Below are positions 9,099 to 17,965 of a DNA stretch of 64,000 nt, piece after piece. The stretch comes from an uncultured Candidatus Saccharibacteria bacterium. Its GTDB lineage: Bacteria; Patescibacteriota; Minisyncoccia; Phycocordibacterales; CAIRYW01. How positions within the stretch are numbered: position 1 is the stretch's first letter; every line of letters starts with the position of its first letter. The position numbers and the translations under genes are program-made. The notes under the pieces were generated by a model. It was not told where the DNA came from. It saw only the letters and a list, made by a program, of their open reading frames with translations, and did not search any database. The DNA is taken from positions 192-64,191 of the forward strand of contig CAYUPH010000003.1 of the NCBI GenBank assembly GCA_964446625.1. Direction: 5' to 3'.

Positions 9099-10322
9099 AT
9101 GAAAAATTTTTGGAAAAAAGTAGGACTTCTTTCGGTTGGTTCATTTATCGTTGCGCTCTCTTTTTTTGCAGGGCTCTATGTTGATGCATCAAACCGATCA
9201 GGAACTGAAGGACAAATTACTATTTATGACAAAGACGGTAATCCACAGACGGTTACTGTAGACTTTTCGCTTCTTTATAAGACTCTTGATGTAATCGGAC
9301 GAAAATATGTTGACCGAGGAAACGCGTCAACAACAGCGGACACAATTGTCTACGGTGCAGTGAAAGGGCTTGTTGATTCGCTCGGCGATCCATACAGCAT
9401 GTTCTTTACTCCTGAAGAAAATGAAGCGTTTGAAGAGGAACTTTCTGGTTCTCTTGAAGGAGTAGGAATGTCAGTGGGTATTAAAGAAGACGGATTTTAT
9501 GTCATTTCTCCAATCAAAAACTCTCCTGCGGAAAGAGCTGGAGTAAAAGCTGGCTACAAGATTCTAAAGGTAGCTGGTCAATCTGTTGCTGATATGAGTC
9601 TTGATGAAGCAGTGAAGCTTATTCGAGGAAAGAAAGGAACGGCAGTTGATGTAGTTTTTGAAACAGAAGAAGGAAAAGAAATCAAAATCACTCTCGTGAG
9701 GGATGTAATTATTGTGCCTTCTGTTGAAACTAAATACGAAGGTAAGGATACTTTCTATGTAAAGATCAATGAGTTCAATGCAAACGCGTCTTCACAGTTT
9801 CGAACAGCGATGAAAGACCTCTATGCTTCAAAGAGACAAAAACTTATTATTGACCTTCGAAATAATCCTGGGGGATATCTCGACAGTGCTGTTGATATTG
9901 CAAGTTGGTTTCTTCCTTCTGGGAAAGTGATTGTAACAGAAGATTATGGTCACGGGTCTAATCCACGAATTCACAGAAGCAGGGGATACAATATTTTTGA
10001 TAACCTTCAAGTCGTAGTTCTTGTAAACGAAGGTTCTGCATCTGCTTCAGAAATTCTTGCAGGAGCTTTAGCGGATTACAATGTTGCTGCGCTTGTTGGA
10101 ACTAAGACTTTTGGAAAGGGGTCTGTTCAAGAAGTTGTCTACCTGGATGAAGGATCAGCGCTAAAGATTACAGTTGCAAAATGGCTAACACCAAAAGGAA
10201 AGTCTCTATCTAAAAACGGTATTAATCCAGAATTTGAAGTAAAAGCAGAAGAAAGTCCGGACGACGCCAGTAAAGACGATAAAGTCTACCAAAAGGCACT
10301 TGAGGTCCTTAAAAGCAAGTAA
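9099..10322 (+). CDS. ctpA: C-terminal processing peptidase (S41 family)
   Basis: Signal anchor, PDZ domain, and catalytic block VLVNEGSASASEILAGAL…TFGKGSVQ. Confidence 0.8.
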   Translation: MKNFWKKVGLLSVGSFIVALSFFAGLYVDASNRSGTEGQITIYDKDGNPQTVTVDFSLLYKTLDVIGRKYVDRGNASTTADTIVYGAVKGLVDSLGDPYSMFFTPEENEAFEEELSGSLEGVGMSVGIKEDGFYVISPIKNSPAERAGVKAGYKILKVAGQSVADMSLDEAVKLIRGKKGTAVDVVFETEEGKEIKITLVRDVIIVPSVETKYEGKDTFYVKINEFNANASSQFRTAMKDLYASKRQKLIIDLRNNPGGYLDSAVDIASWFLPSGKVIVTEDYGHGSNPRIHRSRGYNIFDNLQVVVLVNEGSASASEILAGALADYNVAALVGTKTFGKGSVQEVVYLDEGSALKITVAKWLTPKGKSLSKNGINPEFEVKAEESPDDASKDDKVYQKALEVLKSK

Positions 10323-10340
10323 GAAGGAAGAAAAAACAAA

Positions 10341-10367
10341 AGCCCCGCCGCTAGGCGGGGCTTTTTA
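10341..10367 (+). terminator. intrinsic terminator
   Basis: agccccgcc-gcta-ggcggggct followed by T5. Confidence 0.7.
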
Positions 10368-10427
10368 AAAACTCGACAAACTGCTGTTTTGGTATATAAT
10401 CGGGAGCACAGTTAATAATTCAAAAAA

Positions 10428-10871
10428 ATGAAAGTACTACTACTAAAAGATATTGCCAAAGTTGGTAAAAAATACGATTTAAAAGATGTAGCGGATGGAT
10501 ACGCTCTTAACTTCCTAATTCCTCAGGGACACGCAAAAACTGCAACAAAAGAAGTTGAAAAGGAGGCTGAGAAACTAAAAGCAGAACTTGCAGCAGAAAA
10601 GAAAGTTCACGAGGATCTTCTTGCAAAGAACCTGCATGAAGTAGACGGAAAAACTATTTCTCTTAAACTAAAAGCAAACGACAAAGGACACCTCTTTAGC
10701 GCAGTTCACAAGGAAAACCTTGTATCTGAAATCAAGGCGCAAACTGGTGCGGACATCCTTCCTGATTTTATTGACCTCGGAGGACATGTAAAAGAAGTGG
10801 GAAGCTACAAAGTAAAAGTATCTGCAGGAGGAAAGGAAGCGACTCTTACTCTAGAAATCAGTGCGAGATAA
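10428..10871 (+). CDS. rplI: 50S ribosomal protein L9
   Basis: [32 protein letters not shown]… is the L9 N-domain signature. Confidence 0.9.
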   Translation: MKVLLLKDIAKVGKKYDLKDVADGYALNFLIPQGHAKTATKEVEKEAEKLKAELAAEKKVHEDLLAKNLHEVDGKTISLKLKANDKGHLFSAVHKENLVSEIKAQTGADILPDFIDLGGHVKEVGSYKVKVSAGGKEATLTLEISAR

Positions 10872-10890
10872 TTGAATTAAAAGAAAGCAC

Positions 10891-10921
10891 AAAAAAACCG
10901 CCCGAAGGGCGGTTTTTTTGA
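10891..10921. terminator. bidirectional intrinsic terminator between convergent rplI and rpmA
   Basis: A7-ccgcccgaagggcgg-T7. Confidence 0.75.
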
Positions 10922-10925
10922 GGCT

Positions 10926-11198
10926 TTAGTCTACGTGAGCAATCTTTAGAGTTTTGAAAGTTCCGTCGAAGTTCTTCTTTCTCTTTGATCCAAAAGAGAC
11001 AACTCCAGCTTTCTTTGCGAAGATAGTGTGATCCTTTCCTAGGTCTGTATTTCGTCCTGAAAGAATCTTTGTTCCTCGCTGTCTAACGATGATGTCGCCG
11101 ACTTTTGCCTTTTCTCCGTCGTGGAGCTTAATACCGAGGTACTTTGGCTTTGAGTCGGTCAGGTTTTTGGCCGTTCCGGCGGCTTTTTTGGTTGCCAT
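10926..11198 (-). CDS. rpmA: 50S ribosomal protein L27
   Basis: [24 protein letters not shown]…GTKILSGRN is the L27 signature. Not adjacent to rplU. Confidence 0.9.
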   Translation of the reverse strand: MATKKAAGTAKNLTDSKPKYLGIKLHDGEKAKVGDIIVRQRGTKILSGRNTDLGKDHTIFAKKAGVVSFGSKRKKNFDGTFKTLKIAHVD

Positions 11199-11255
11199 AT
11201 TTCTTTTACTTTAAACCGGTTTTGCCGGCGTTTCCATTGGGTTTATAATTTAAAT

Positions 11256-11681
11256 ATGGGCTTAAATATAGAACATTTTAAACAAGAAATCAAGCATTTC
11301 GTTTCCGTCACCAAAAAAGAGCTTTTTAGCGTGTTTATAATACTCTTTGTGGGGATTTCTTGCTTTTGCCTAGGCAGGCTTTCGGCAGAGGAGATAAAAG
11401 GGGAGAGGGGAGATGTAAAAATCGAAAGTTCTGGCCTTCTAGGGGCTTCTGCTGCAGGAATTCCAAAGGAAAAAGAGCCACCTGCAAAGGTAGTTGAAGA
11501 GACTTCGGACAAGTCTACAGGAGAAGAGGTTGTAGCATCAAAGTCAGGAAAAAAGTACCACTACCCATGGTGTGCTGGAGCCAAACAAATAGCAGAGAAA
11601 AATAAAATCACTTTTAAAAACATCGGGGAGGCTCGCAGTGCAGGTTACCTCCCGGCAAGTAACTGTAAAGGATTAAAGTAG
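11256..11681 (+). CDS. membrane-anchored protein with a C-terminal Cys/His metal-binding-like motif
   Basis: N-terminal TM helix, Glu/Lys-rich linker, then KYHYPWCAGAKQI…F…EARSAGYLPASNC. This resembles Ada-type Zn-binding patterns, but the similarity is inferred. Confidence 0.4.
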   Translation: MGLNIEHFKQEIKHFVSVTKKELFSVFIILFVGISCFCLGRLSAEEIKGERGDVKIESSGLLGASAAGIPKEKEPPAKVVEETSDKSTGEEVVASKSGKKYHYPWCAGAKQIAEKNKITFKNIGEARSAGYLPASNCKGLK

Positions 11682-11735
11682 AAGGTAAAAGGTAGAAGGT
11701 AAAAGGAAAAAGTAGAAAGTTTAAAGTAGAAAATA
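11682..11735. repeat. GTAGAA short-repeat cluster, copy B
   Basis: GTAGAAggtaaaagGTAGAAggtaaaaggaaaaaGTAGAAagtttaaaGTAGAA. Four hexamers spaced by multiples of 7 nt. Confidence 0.6.
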
Positions 11736-11736
11736 A

Positions 11737-11766
11737 AAAAAGCCAGATGAACTCTGGCTTATGAGT
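11737..11766. terminator. bidirectional intrinsic terminator
   Basis: A7-gccag-atgaact-ctggc followed by T-rich sequence on both strands. Confidence 0.6.
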
Positions 11767-11962
11767 TTTGAGGTTGAGGTGGTTCCTCCGACTGACGCTC
11801 ACCTCGTAGAAGAGCATTTCGTAACTGCCGCTCAGTGGCAACCGAACCCACAATATCATCCAAAGTCCTTTCAAAGGTTTGACCAGTGCGTTCGGCTTCA
11901 CTTTGTATGTGAGCGATGAGTTCGTGAAGTCGCTTCCTTTGTTCGGGTGTAAAGTTATTCAT
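11759..11962 (-). CDS. hypothetical small protein (67 aa)
   Basis: Intact ORF with helical, charged composition. No motif. Confidence 0.3.
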   Translation of the reverse strand: MNNFTPEQRKRLHELIAHIQSEAERTGQTFERTLDDIVGSVATERQLRNALLRGERQSEEPPQPQNS

Positions 11963-12010
11963 TGTATCTGTTTGTAGTATACAAGAGTAAAAATATTTTA
12001 CACTGTGATT

Positions 12011-12043
12011 CCTTTCTTCCTTCTACTTTTTCCTTTCTACTTT
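12011..12043. repeat. GTAGAA/TTCTAC short-repeat cluster, copy C
   Basis: cctttcttccTTCTACtttttccTTTCTACttt. Shares a 20-mer with copy A. Confidence 0.6.
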
Positions 12044-12070
12044 AGGCTTTCTCCCTTATACTTAACAGGT

Positions 12071-12661
12071 ATGGTAATTGTTGATGTTGAAACGACAGGA
12101 ACAGACCCACGAGTACACTCGCTTCTTTCTATTGGAGCGGTTGATTTTGAAACTGGCGAAGAATTTTTTGAAGAGTGCAGAGCTTTTCAGGGTGCAAAGG
12201 TGGAGGCAGAAGCAACTGCTGTAAATGGTATCAGCGAAAAAGAAGCTTTTAGCGAAGTAAAACAAAGCGACAAAGAGCTCGTAGAACATTTCTTTCTATG
12301 GCTTTCTAAGTCAGAAGATCACACAATTGCAGGGCAAAACCCTCATTTTGATACTTCTTTTATAATTGCGGCGGCAGAAAGGTACCATCTTAATTACTCA
12401 ATTCCAAAGAGAGTTGTTGATTTGCACTCAGTCACGTGGGCGCACATGATCCTAAAGGGAGGGAAGCCCCCTATTGCCTCAAAACGCTCAGATTTAAACT
12501 CTGACAAAATTATGGAGTATGTAGGCATTCCTGCAGAAGCACACCCGCATATCGCAATAGGTGGCGCTAAAATCGAAGCGGAAGCGTTCTCTAGACTTCT
12601 TCGAGAAAAACCTTTTTATGAAGATCAGTATTCTCAATTTCCAATCCCATGGATGAAATAA
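12071..12661 (+). CDS. DEDD-family 3'-5' exonuclease (DnaQ/RNase T-like)
   Basis: Exo I motif MVIVDVETTG and Exo II-like GQNPHFDTSFI. Start moved to the internal MVIVD. Confidence 0.6.
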   Translation: MVIVDVETTGTDPRVHSLLSIGAVDFETGEEFFEECRAFQGAKVEAEATAVNGISEKEAFSEVKQSDKELVEHFFLWLSKSEDHTIAGQNPHFDTSFIIAAAERYHLNYSIPKRVVDLHSVTWAHMILKGGKPPIASKRSDLNSDKIMEYVGIPAEAHPHIAIGGAKIEAEAFSRLLREKPFYEDQYSQFPIPWMK

Positions 12662-13974
12662 ATTCTGTCCCAAAAGAAGGTCAACCAGTTTCTATAGACC
12701 CAAAAGAGGTTCATGGAGGAAGGTTTTTTGGACGGGGCAAAATGTACTGGAAAAGGCTCGGCCCTGGCATAATTACGGGGGCAGCGGACGATGATCCATC
12801 CGGCATAGCAACTTACTCTCAGGCAGGAGCAGGGTTTGGTTTCCAGATGCTTTGGCTTTCTGTTTATACTTTTCCACTTATGGCAGTTGTTCAAGAGATG
12901 TGCTCACGAATTGCTCTTGCTACCGGACGAGGTCTTGCTGCGAATATGAGACTCTTTCTTCCAAAGTATGTTCTCTATGGGACGGCGCTCATGCTTTTTG
13001 CTGCAAATACTTTTAACATTGGAGCCGACCTAGGTGCTATGGCGGAGGCTCTTACACTAATCTTTCCCGGGATTCCGAGCTTTTTATATCTTATAGTTAT
13101 TGCAGGTGTATGTCTTTGTTTTGAAATCTTTGCCAATTACGCCTCTATTGCAAAATATTTAAAGTGGCTGACTTTTGCTCTCCTTGCTTACATAGTAACT
13201 GGACTTATTATCAAATTTTCACTTCCTGATCTGCTGCGTTTTAGCCTCGTACCACATATTAGTTTTACAAAGGACTTTTTCTTCATGATTACTGCTGTCC
13301 TTGGAACAACAATCTCTCCGTATCTTTTCTTTTGGCAGACGTCTCAGGAAGTAGAGGAGGAAAACGAGAAGAAAAACCGTAACGAAAAGGTGGATAGTGT
13401 CGAAAATCTAAAGATGATTCGCTATGATGTATGGTTCGGTATGTTTTTCTCGAACCTCGTCATGTTCTTTATTATCGCGGTCTGCGGGGACACTCTCTTT
13501 AAAGCGGGGATTACATCGATTGCAACAGCAGGGGAGGCAGCAGAAGCTCTTCGGCCTATTTCTGGAAATCTTGCCTCGCTTATCTTCACCTTAGGGATTG
13601 TAGGGACAGGGTTTTTAGCAATTCCTGTTTTGGCTGGTTCAAGTGCTTATGCCCTTTCAGAAAGTTTTGGGTGGAAGGAGGGGCTCTATAAGAAATTTCG
13701 CCAAGCAAAGCTATTTTACCTCACAATCATTGCTTCAGTGGTCCTTGGGCTTATACAGAACTTCTTCCATATCGGTGCTATGAAAACCCTTGTATACTCT
13801 GCGCTCCTCAATGGACTTATTGCACCGTTTATTCTCGTGTCAATCGTTGTTCTTGCCCGGAAAAAGGAGGTTATGGGCCAGTTTGTGAACTCAAAAGGGC
13901 AGTCTTTTGTTGCTATTTTGACTACGGTCATTATGTTTTTGGTGGCAGGAGCGACAATCTTCACACTTCTCTAA
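12649..13974 (+). CDS. mntH: NRAMP-family divalent metal (Mn2+/Fe2+) transporter
   Basis: GPGIITGAADDDPSGIATYSQAGA matches NRAMP consensus motif 1. About 11 TM helices. Confidence 0.75.
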   Translation: MDEINSVPKEGQPVSIDPKEVHGGRFFGRGKMYWKRLGPGIITGAADDDPSGIATYSQAGAGFGFQMLWLSVYTFPLMAVVQEMCSRIALATGRGLAANMRLFLPKYVLYGTALMLFAANTFNIGADLGAMAEALTLIFPGIPSFLYLIVIAGVCLCFEIFANYASIAKYLKWLTFALLAYIVTGLIIKFSLPDLLRFSLVPHISFTKDFFFMITAVLGTTISPYLFFWQTSQEVEEENEKKNRNEKVDSVENLKMIRYDVWFGMFFSNLVMFFIIAVCGDTLFKAGITSIATAGEAAEALRPISGNLASLIFTLGIVGTGFLAIPVLAGSSAYALSESFGWKEGLYKKFRQAKLFYLTIIASVVLGLIQNFFHIGAMKTLVYSALLNGLIAPFILVSIVVLARKKEVMGQFVNSKGQSFVAILTTVIMFLVAGATIFTLL

Positions 13975-14090
13975 TTTTCGATAAAAAATAGTACAATAAG
14001 AGCTAAACCATGTCAAACAAAAAGAGAGAAAATATCCTTATTTAGAGCCCTTTTTTAAAACAAGGAGGGTGTTTTTTCTGCGTTTTTTAA

Positions 14091-14119
14091 TTGACTTTTG
14101 GTCAAAAAGATGCTAGTAT
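14091..14119 (+). promoter_or_regulatory. near-consensus sigma70 promoter TTGACT-17-TAGTAT
   Basis: Read directly from the sequence. Followed at 14129-14149 by the hairpin ccaga-ttagt-tctgg plus T6. Confidence 0.45.
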
Positions 14120-14407
14120 TATGCCTAGCCAGATTAGTTCTGGTTTTTTGTTTGAAGGGGGAGGGCAGAGCCCAAAACCTTCATGCAGACCGTAGGAAAA
14201 CCCGGAAGGGTAGGGATGTGTTAAGGAAATTACGGATTAAAAAATAGGAAAAGGCTTATTATAGAAATCATAGCAGGCGTTGGTCTCCTTGGGTCATCAA
14301 TCACTTTCTCAGGAACACCAGCATCATCTGTCTCTACAGCAACTCCTGTAGTTATAGAACATAATATTGAAGCACCTTCAAAAATTGTAGAAAAAACCGC
14401 CGAAGAG

Positions 14408-14704
14408 ATGGTAAAAGAGAGATTTAAAAATAATCCTCTTATGCAGAAAATCTCATGGTGTGAATCTAAGTTTAGACAGTTTAATGCGGATGGTACTATC
14501 CATCGAGGAGAAATCAATCCAAATGACGTGGGACTATTTCAGATCAATACCTACTATCACCTAGAAACTGCCAAGAAAATGAATATCGACATTTTTACTC
14601 CAGAGGGTAACCTCGACTATGCCGAATATCTTTTCGAGAAGGAAGGATCACGACCATGGAACTCATCTAAAGGTTGTTGGGGACGAGAGATTGCACAGAA
14701 GTAA
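14408..14704 (+). CDS. lytic transglycosylase-like (SLT-domain) protein; start probably upstream of the annotated AUG
   Basis: ES-x-F…GLFQIN pattern (CESKFRQFNADG…NDVGLFQIN) of family-1 lytic transglycosylases. The same frame is open back to 14225 and encodes a signal-peptide-like segment with no AUG, GUG or UUG. Confidence 0.5.
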   Translation: MVKERFKNNPLMQKISWCESKFRQFNADGTIHRGEINPNDVGLFQINTYYHLETAKKMNIDIFTPEGNLDYAEYLFEKEGSRPWNSSKGCWGREIAQK

Positions 14705-14721
14705 TTCTCGCTCCTAATGTC

Positions 14722-14755
14722 AAAAGCCGCTCCCTTGGGAGCGGCTTTTGCTTTT
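14722..14755. terminator. intrinsic terminator between convergent genes
   Basis: aaagccgctccc-ttg-ggagcggcttt followed by tgctttt. Confidence 0.65.
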
Positions 14756-14781
14756 CTAACAAATCAAGCAAGGAGCTTTCT

Positions 14782-15924
14782 TTAGAGGAAGCTTCGAATA
14801 GGGTAGGCGAGAAACTCAAGGAACTTGTCTTTCAAGGGTCTCTTTTTGAAACTCGAAAGGGAAAGAAGGTTACTTTTTTCTAGGTCGCTTACAAACTGAT
14901 TTTTCATTTGCATATTAAAGAGGGGATTCCGAGAGACAATGTTTCCTTCAAAATTGTACCGGAGGCTCAGGTTGTCGAGATTCATGCTTCCTAAGGTAGA
15001 CCATGCGCTATCTATTACAACTGTTTTAGCATGAATCATTTTTTCGTAAAGATAAATCTCCGTACCTCTCTTTAAAAAAGATTCAAAGAAAGTTCGTGCA
15101 CCTGCGTCCACAAAAGGTGTATCGCTCTTTCGAGGTAGAAGGATTTTAATATTTACACCCCTGCGTAGCGCACTAAAGAGAGCTCTTTGGAGTCTCCGGT
15201 TCGGAAGAAAATAAGGAGTAGTGATACAAATTTGATTTTGCGCTTTCTGAACTTGGCGCAGAAGCTCATAGTAAATAAAACGCTTGCGTGGGAGTGGTGC
15301 ATTTGTCATATAGTCAAAGTCTGCAAGGGGAGTGGAGGCGTCTTTCTTTCCCCTATAGTATGAAATTCGTTTATAGTCCTTGTTCCAGGTAGCAAAGAAG
15401 GTTTTTTTCATCTGATGGATTATATGTGGTGCACACAGAGAGACTGTCGTTTCTCTCCAGTGTTCCATTTGGTCGGCAAGGCAAATGCTTCCTATAAAAA
15501 CTTTTGTGTCATCAACAATCAAAATTTTTCGGTGATTCCTGAAATACCAAAAAGTTTCCTGTGCTGGCTCCCAAGGCAAAAGGGGATTAAAGAATTTGAG
15601 TAGTACCCCGGCAGCGCGAAGTCTCTCAGGATCTTTTGATCTTGAAAAATTGTAGCTTCCCACGTCGTCACAAATTACTTTGACTTCGAGGCCTTCACGA
15701 GCCTTTTGAATTAGGAGATCAATAAATCTTTTTCCGATTTGGTCCGAGGCTAAAATATATTCTTCTAGGAAAATACTTTTGGTAGCAGAACTAATAGAAG
15801 AGAGCATGGCTTCCCATGCTTCTACAGAGTTTGTATAAAGCCTCCAGTTTGTGTTGTCTGTATCCACTGGAAGCCCTTCTTTTGGTTCAGCTCTTTCCAT
15901 ATGGGTATTATATACCTTTTCCAA
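14782..15924 (-). CDS. phospholipase D / cardiolipin synthase family protein
   Basis: Two HKD motifs, HRKILIVDD and HAKTVVIDS. Confidence 0.7.
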   Translation of the reverse strand: MEKVYNTHMERAEPKEGLPVDTDNTNWRLYTNSVEAWEAMLSSISSATKSIFLEEYILASDQIGKRFIDLLIQKAREGLEVKVICDDVGSYNFSRSKDPERLRAAGVLLKFFNPLLPWEPAQETFWYFRNHRKILIVDDTKVFIGSICLADQMEHWRETTVSLCAPHIIHQMKKTFFATWNKDYKRISYYRGKKDASTPLADFDYMTNAPLPRKRFIYYELLRQVQKAQNQICITTPYFLPNRRLQRALFSALRRGVNIKILLPRKSDTPFVDAGARTFFESFLKRGTEIYLYEKMIHAKTVVIDSAWSTLGSMNLDNLSLRYNFEGNIVSRNPLFNMQMKNQFVSDLEKSNLLSLSSFKKRPLKDKFLEFLAYPIRSFL

Positions 15925-16325
15925 AGAGTATGCTTTGACCCATTAAATCTCCATTAGTTATTTTTGTAAAATTCCCCTGCCAAAACAAAATAGGGAAAGG
16001 GAATTGGAGTTTTATTTTATTTTTGTTTTTAAATTATTTTTTGTGCACGTTGAAAGTTTTATTTAAAACTCTGTGAGAAAGGTAAAGGGAAGAAGAGGTT
16101 TTGTCTTTGTAGAAGAAGGAGGCTTCCTCTATAGGAGTGTGTCGCACAATATATCTTTTTATCAATAATATACCTAGGCAAAGAGGCTCTTTTCAAACAA
16201 ACCACTTCCCTCGCGCCAAAATTTTTTTTGGGCTGGAGTTTAAGGATTGAGAAAATATTTTTATTTTTTTCTCTTCTCCCCTTTGATCTACAAATAATTT
16301 TTTTTCTAAATTTCTACAAATATTA

Positions 16326-16366
16326 AAAAACCGGATTTTTGCATTTTTCCGGTTTTTCTCTTTTTT
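16326..16366. terminator. intrinsic terminator
   Basis: aaaaccgg-atttttgcatttt-ccggttttt followed by ctctttttt. Confidence 0.55.
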
Positions 16367-16387
16367 AGTGTTTTTGCTTCTTTTTGG

Positions 16388-16645
16388 CTATTTGCTTATG
16401 TTTAGACTGTGAATGAATTCTTTTGCTTTACCAAAGGCTAGGACTAGGAACTTCCAGCTTACTTTGAGTGCATCGACGAGAAGTTCGTAAAGATACTTTA
16501 GTATCTGCCAGATATCTTTTACAACTTCGCTGTTTATAATGTCTCTGAGTGTGATATTAAAAACAAATTTTAAAATAACAAGCGCAAGGACAATAAGAAT
16601 TATTTTTTTTATAAATCCTCGGCTGTAGTTATGTGCTGTATCCAT
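16388..16645 (-). CDS. hypothetical small membrane protein
   Basis: 85 aa with one N-terminal TM helix (IILIVLALVILKFVF). Confidence 0.3.
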   Translation of the reverse strand: MDTAHNYSRGFIKKIILIVLALVILKFVFNITLRDIINSEVVKDIWQILKYLYELLVDALKVSWKFLVLAFGKAKEFIHSLNISK

Positions 16646-16660
16646 GATGTATAAATTATA

Positions 16661-17965
16661 TTATATAGATCCTAAATATACCATCGGATCAAGATATGCT
16701 TTTGGATCAGCAATCGGTATTGTTACTCCTTGACAGTTTTTTGTTTTCTCATTTGGAATCACCATAACCCTGGTTCCTTCGGTTGCAAGGACTGTGAGGT
16801 GTAGATGTGGACCAGTGACGTAGCCAGTTCGTCCAGAGAGAGCGATTTCTTGACCAATTTTTACACTGTCGCCGGGACTTACTTCTATTGAAGAAAGGTG
16901 TCCGTAGAGTGTTGAAAGTCCGTTAGAGTGCTTTATAAGGACCCATTTTCCATACGAGTAACAACCGCTTTTGAGGTCTGTGTTTCCTGTTGCCCATACA
17001 GTTCCGCTTTCGGATGCAAATACTTTTGTTCCATCTGTGGCTCTTAGGTCAATACCATTGTGTGAGCCTGATGTATACAATCTTTGAGCAGCAACTGTTG
17101 AACCGAAGTATTGGGTAATATAAACGTTTTGAAGTGGCCATGCGAGTACACCTTTTTTTGCAGTCGGAAGTTTGTTTGGATCAATTGCAATTTTTAGTTC
17201 AGATTCGTATTGAAAGAGTTCTTTTTCAAATTGCTCTTTTTGTTTTTTCTTTTCGGCAACTGTTTGTTGATAGAGCGCTTCTTGGCTTTTTGTCTGCGAC
17301 AGAAGAACATTTTTTTGCTTTGCAGTTTCTAGAACAGATTGCTTCTTCCCTGTTAATTCTTTTTTAAATGTAGATAGTTCTTCTTTTTTTTCTACCTCTT
17401 CACCTTGTTTTGTTGAGAGTTCTTCCTGGAGGTTTTGAAGTTCGTGAAGCCGCGAGCGAAGGGTTGTACCAAGCCTTGTTACAGACTCAATGTATGCAGA
17501 AAAAGTGCCTAAATCTTTGTAAACAAGAAGATTTTCAATAGCACTTTGTTCATCTGTCATTTGAATGTTTCGAAGAGTGCTTTTCAAATAACTTTCTGTG
17601 TTAGTTATGTCGCTTTCTTTTTGGTTTATTTCACTGCCTAAATTTTGGATAGTGAGATTAGCTTTTTCAATATTCTTTTCGGTAAGTGCAATATCTGTCT
17701 CGAGCTTTTTCTTTGCGAGGTTTAGTTCGTTGATTGCATTTTGAAGAGTTTTTTTATTGCTTCCTACAACGAGGAGTTCGCTTTCTAGTTTTTTAATTTC
17801 CGCTTCTAGGTTTTTGATTTGATCATTTTTACTGTCAATTTTGTCTTGAAGCTCGCTTACAGACGCAGCTTCGAGGACCGCATTTTTTCCAGAATAAAAA
17901 AGGCATCCAGCAAAGATTGCAAAAAGCAGAGAAAGACAAAGTATTTTTTTATTTTTCTGCAGCAT
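16661..17965 (-). CDS. M23-family peptidoglycan metalloendopeptidase with N-terminal coiled coil
   Basis: C-terminal LytM/M23 motifs (HNGIDLRA…, …GPHLHLTV). Long coiled-coil N-terminus like EnvC. Confidence 0.75.
   Translation of the reverse strand: MLQKNKKILCLSLLFAIFAGCLFYSGKNAVLEAASVSELQDKIDSKNDQIKNLEAEIKKLESELLVVGSNKKTLQNAINELNLAKKKLETDIALTEKNIEKANLTIQNLGSEINQKESDITNTESYLKSTLRNIQMTDEQSAIENLLVYKDLGTFSAYIESVTRLGTTLRSRLHELQNLQEELSTKQGEEVEKKEELSTFKKELTGKKQSVLETAKQKNVLLSQTKSQEALYQQTVAEKKKQKEQFEKELFQYESELKIAIDPNKLPTAKKGVLAWPLQNVYITQYFGSTVAAQRLYTSGSHNGIDLRATDGTKVFASESGTVWATGNTDLKSGCYSYGKWVLIKHSNGLSTLYGHLSSIEVSPGDSVKIGQEIALSGRTGYVTGPHLHLTVLATEGTRVMVIPNEKTKNCQGVTIPIADPKAYLDPMVYLGSI

Noticed and set aside
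11682-11735. GTAGAA tandem array considered as a CRISPR array
   Set aside because: Repeat unit is only 6-14 nt with 7-nt phasing and no 25-40-nt spacers. No cas genes; the Cas4-like gene at 56204 is 44 kb away.
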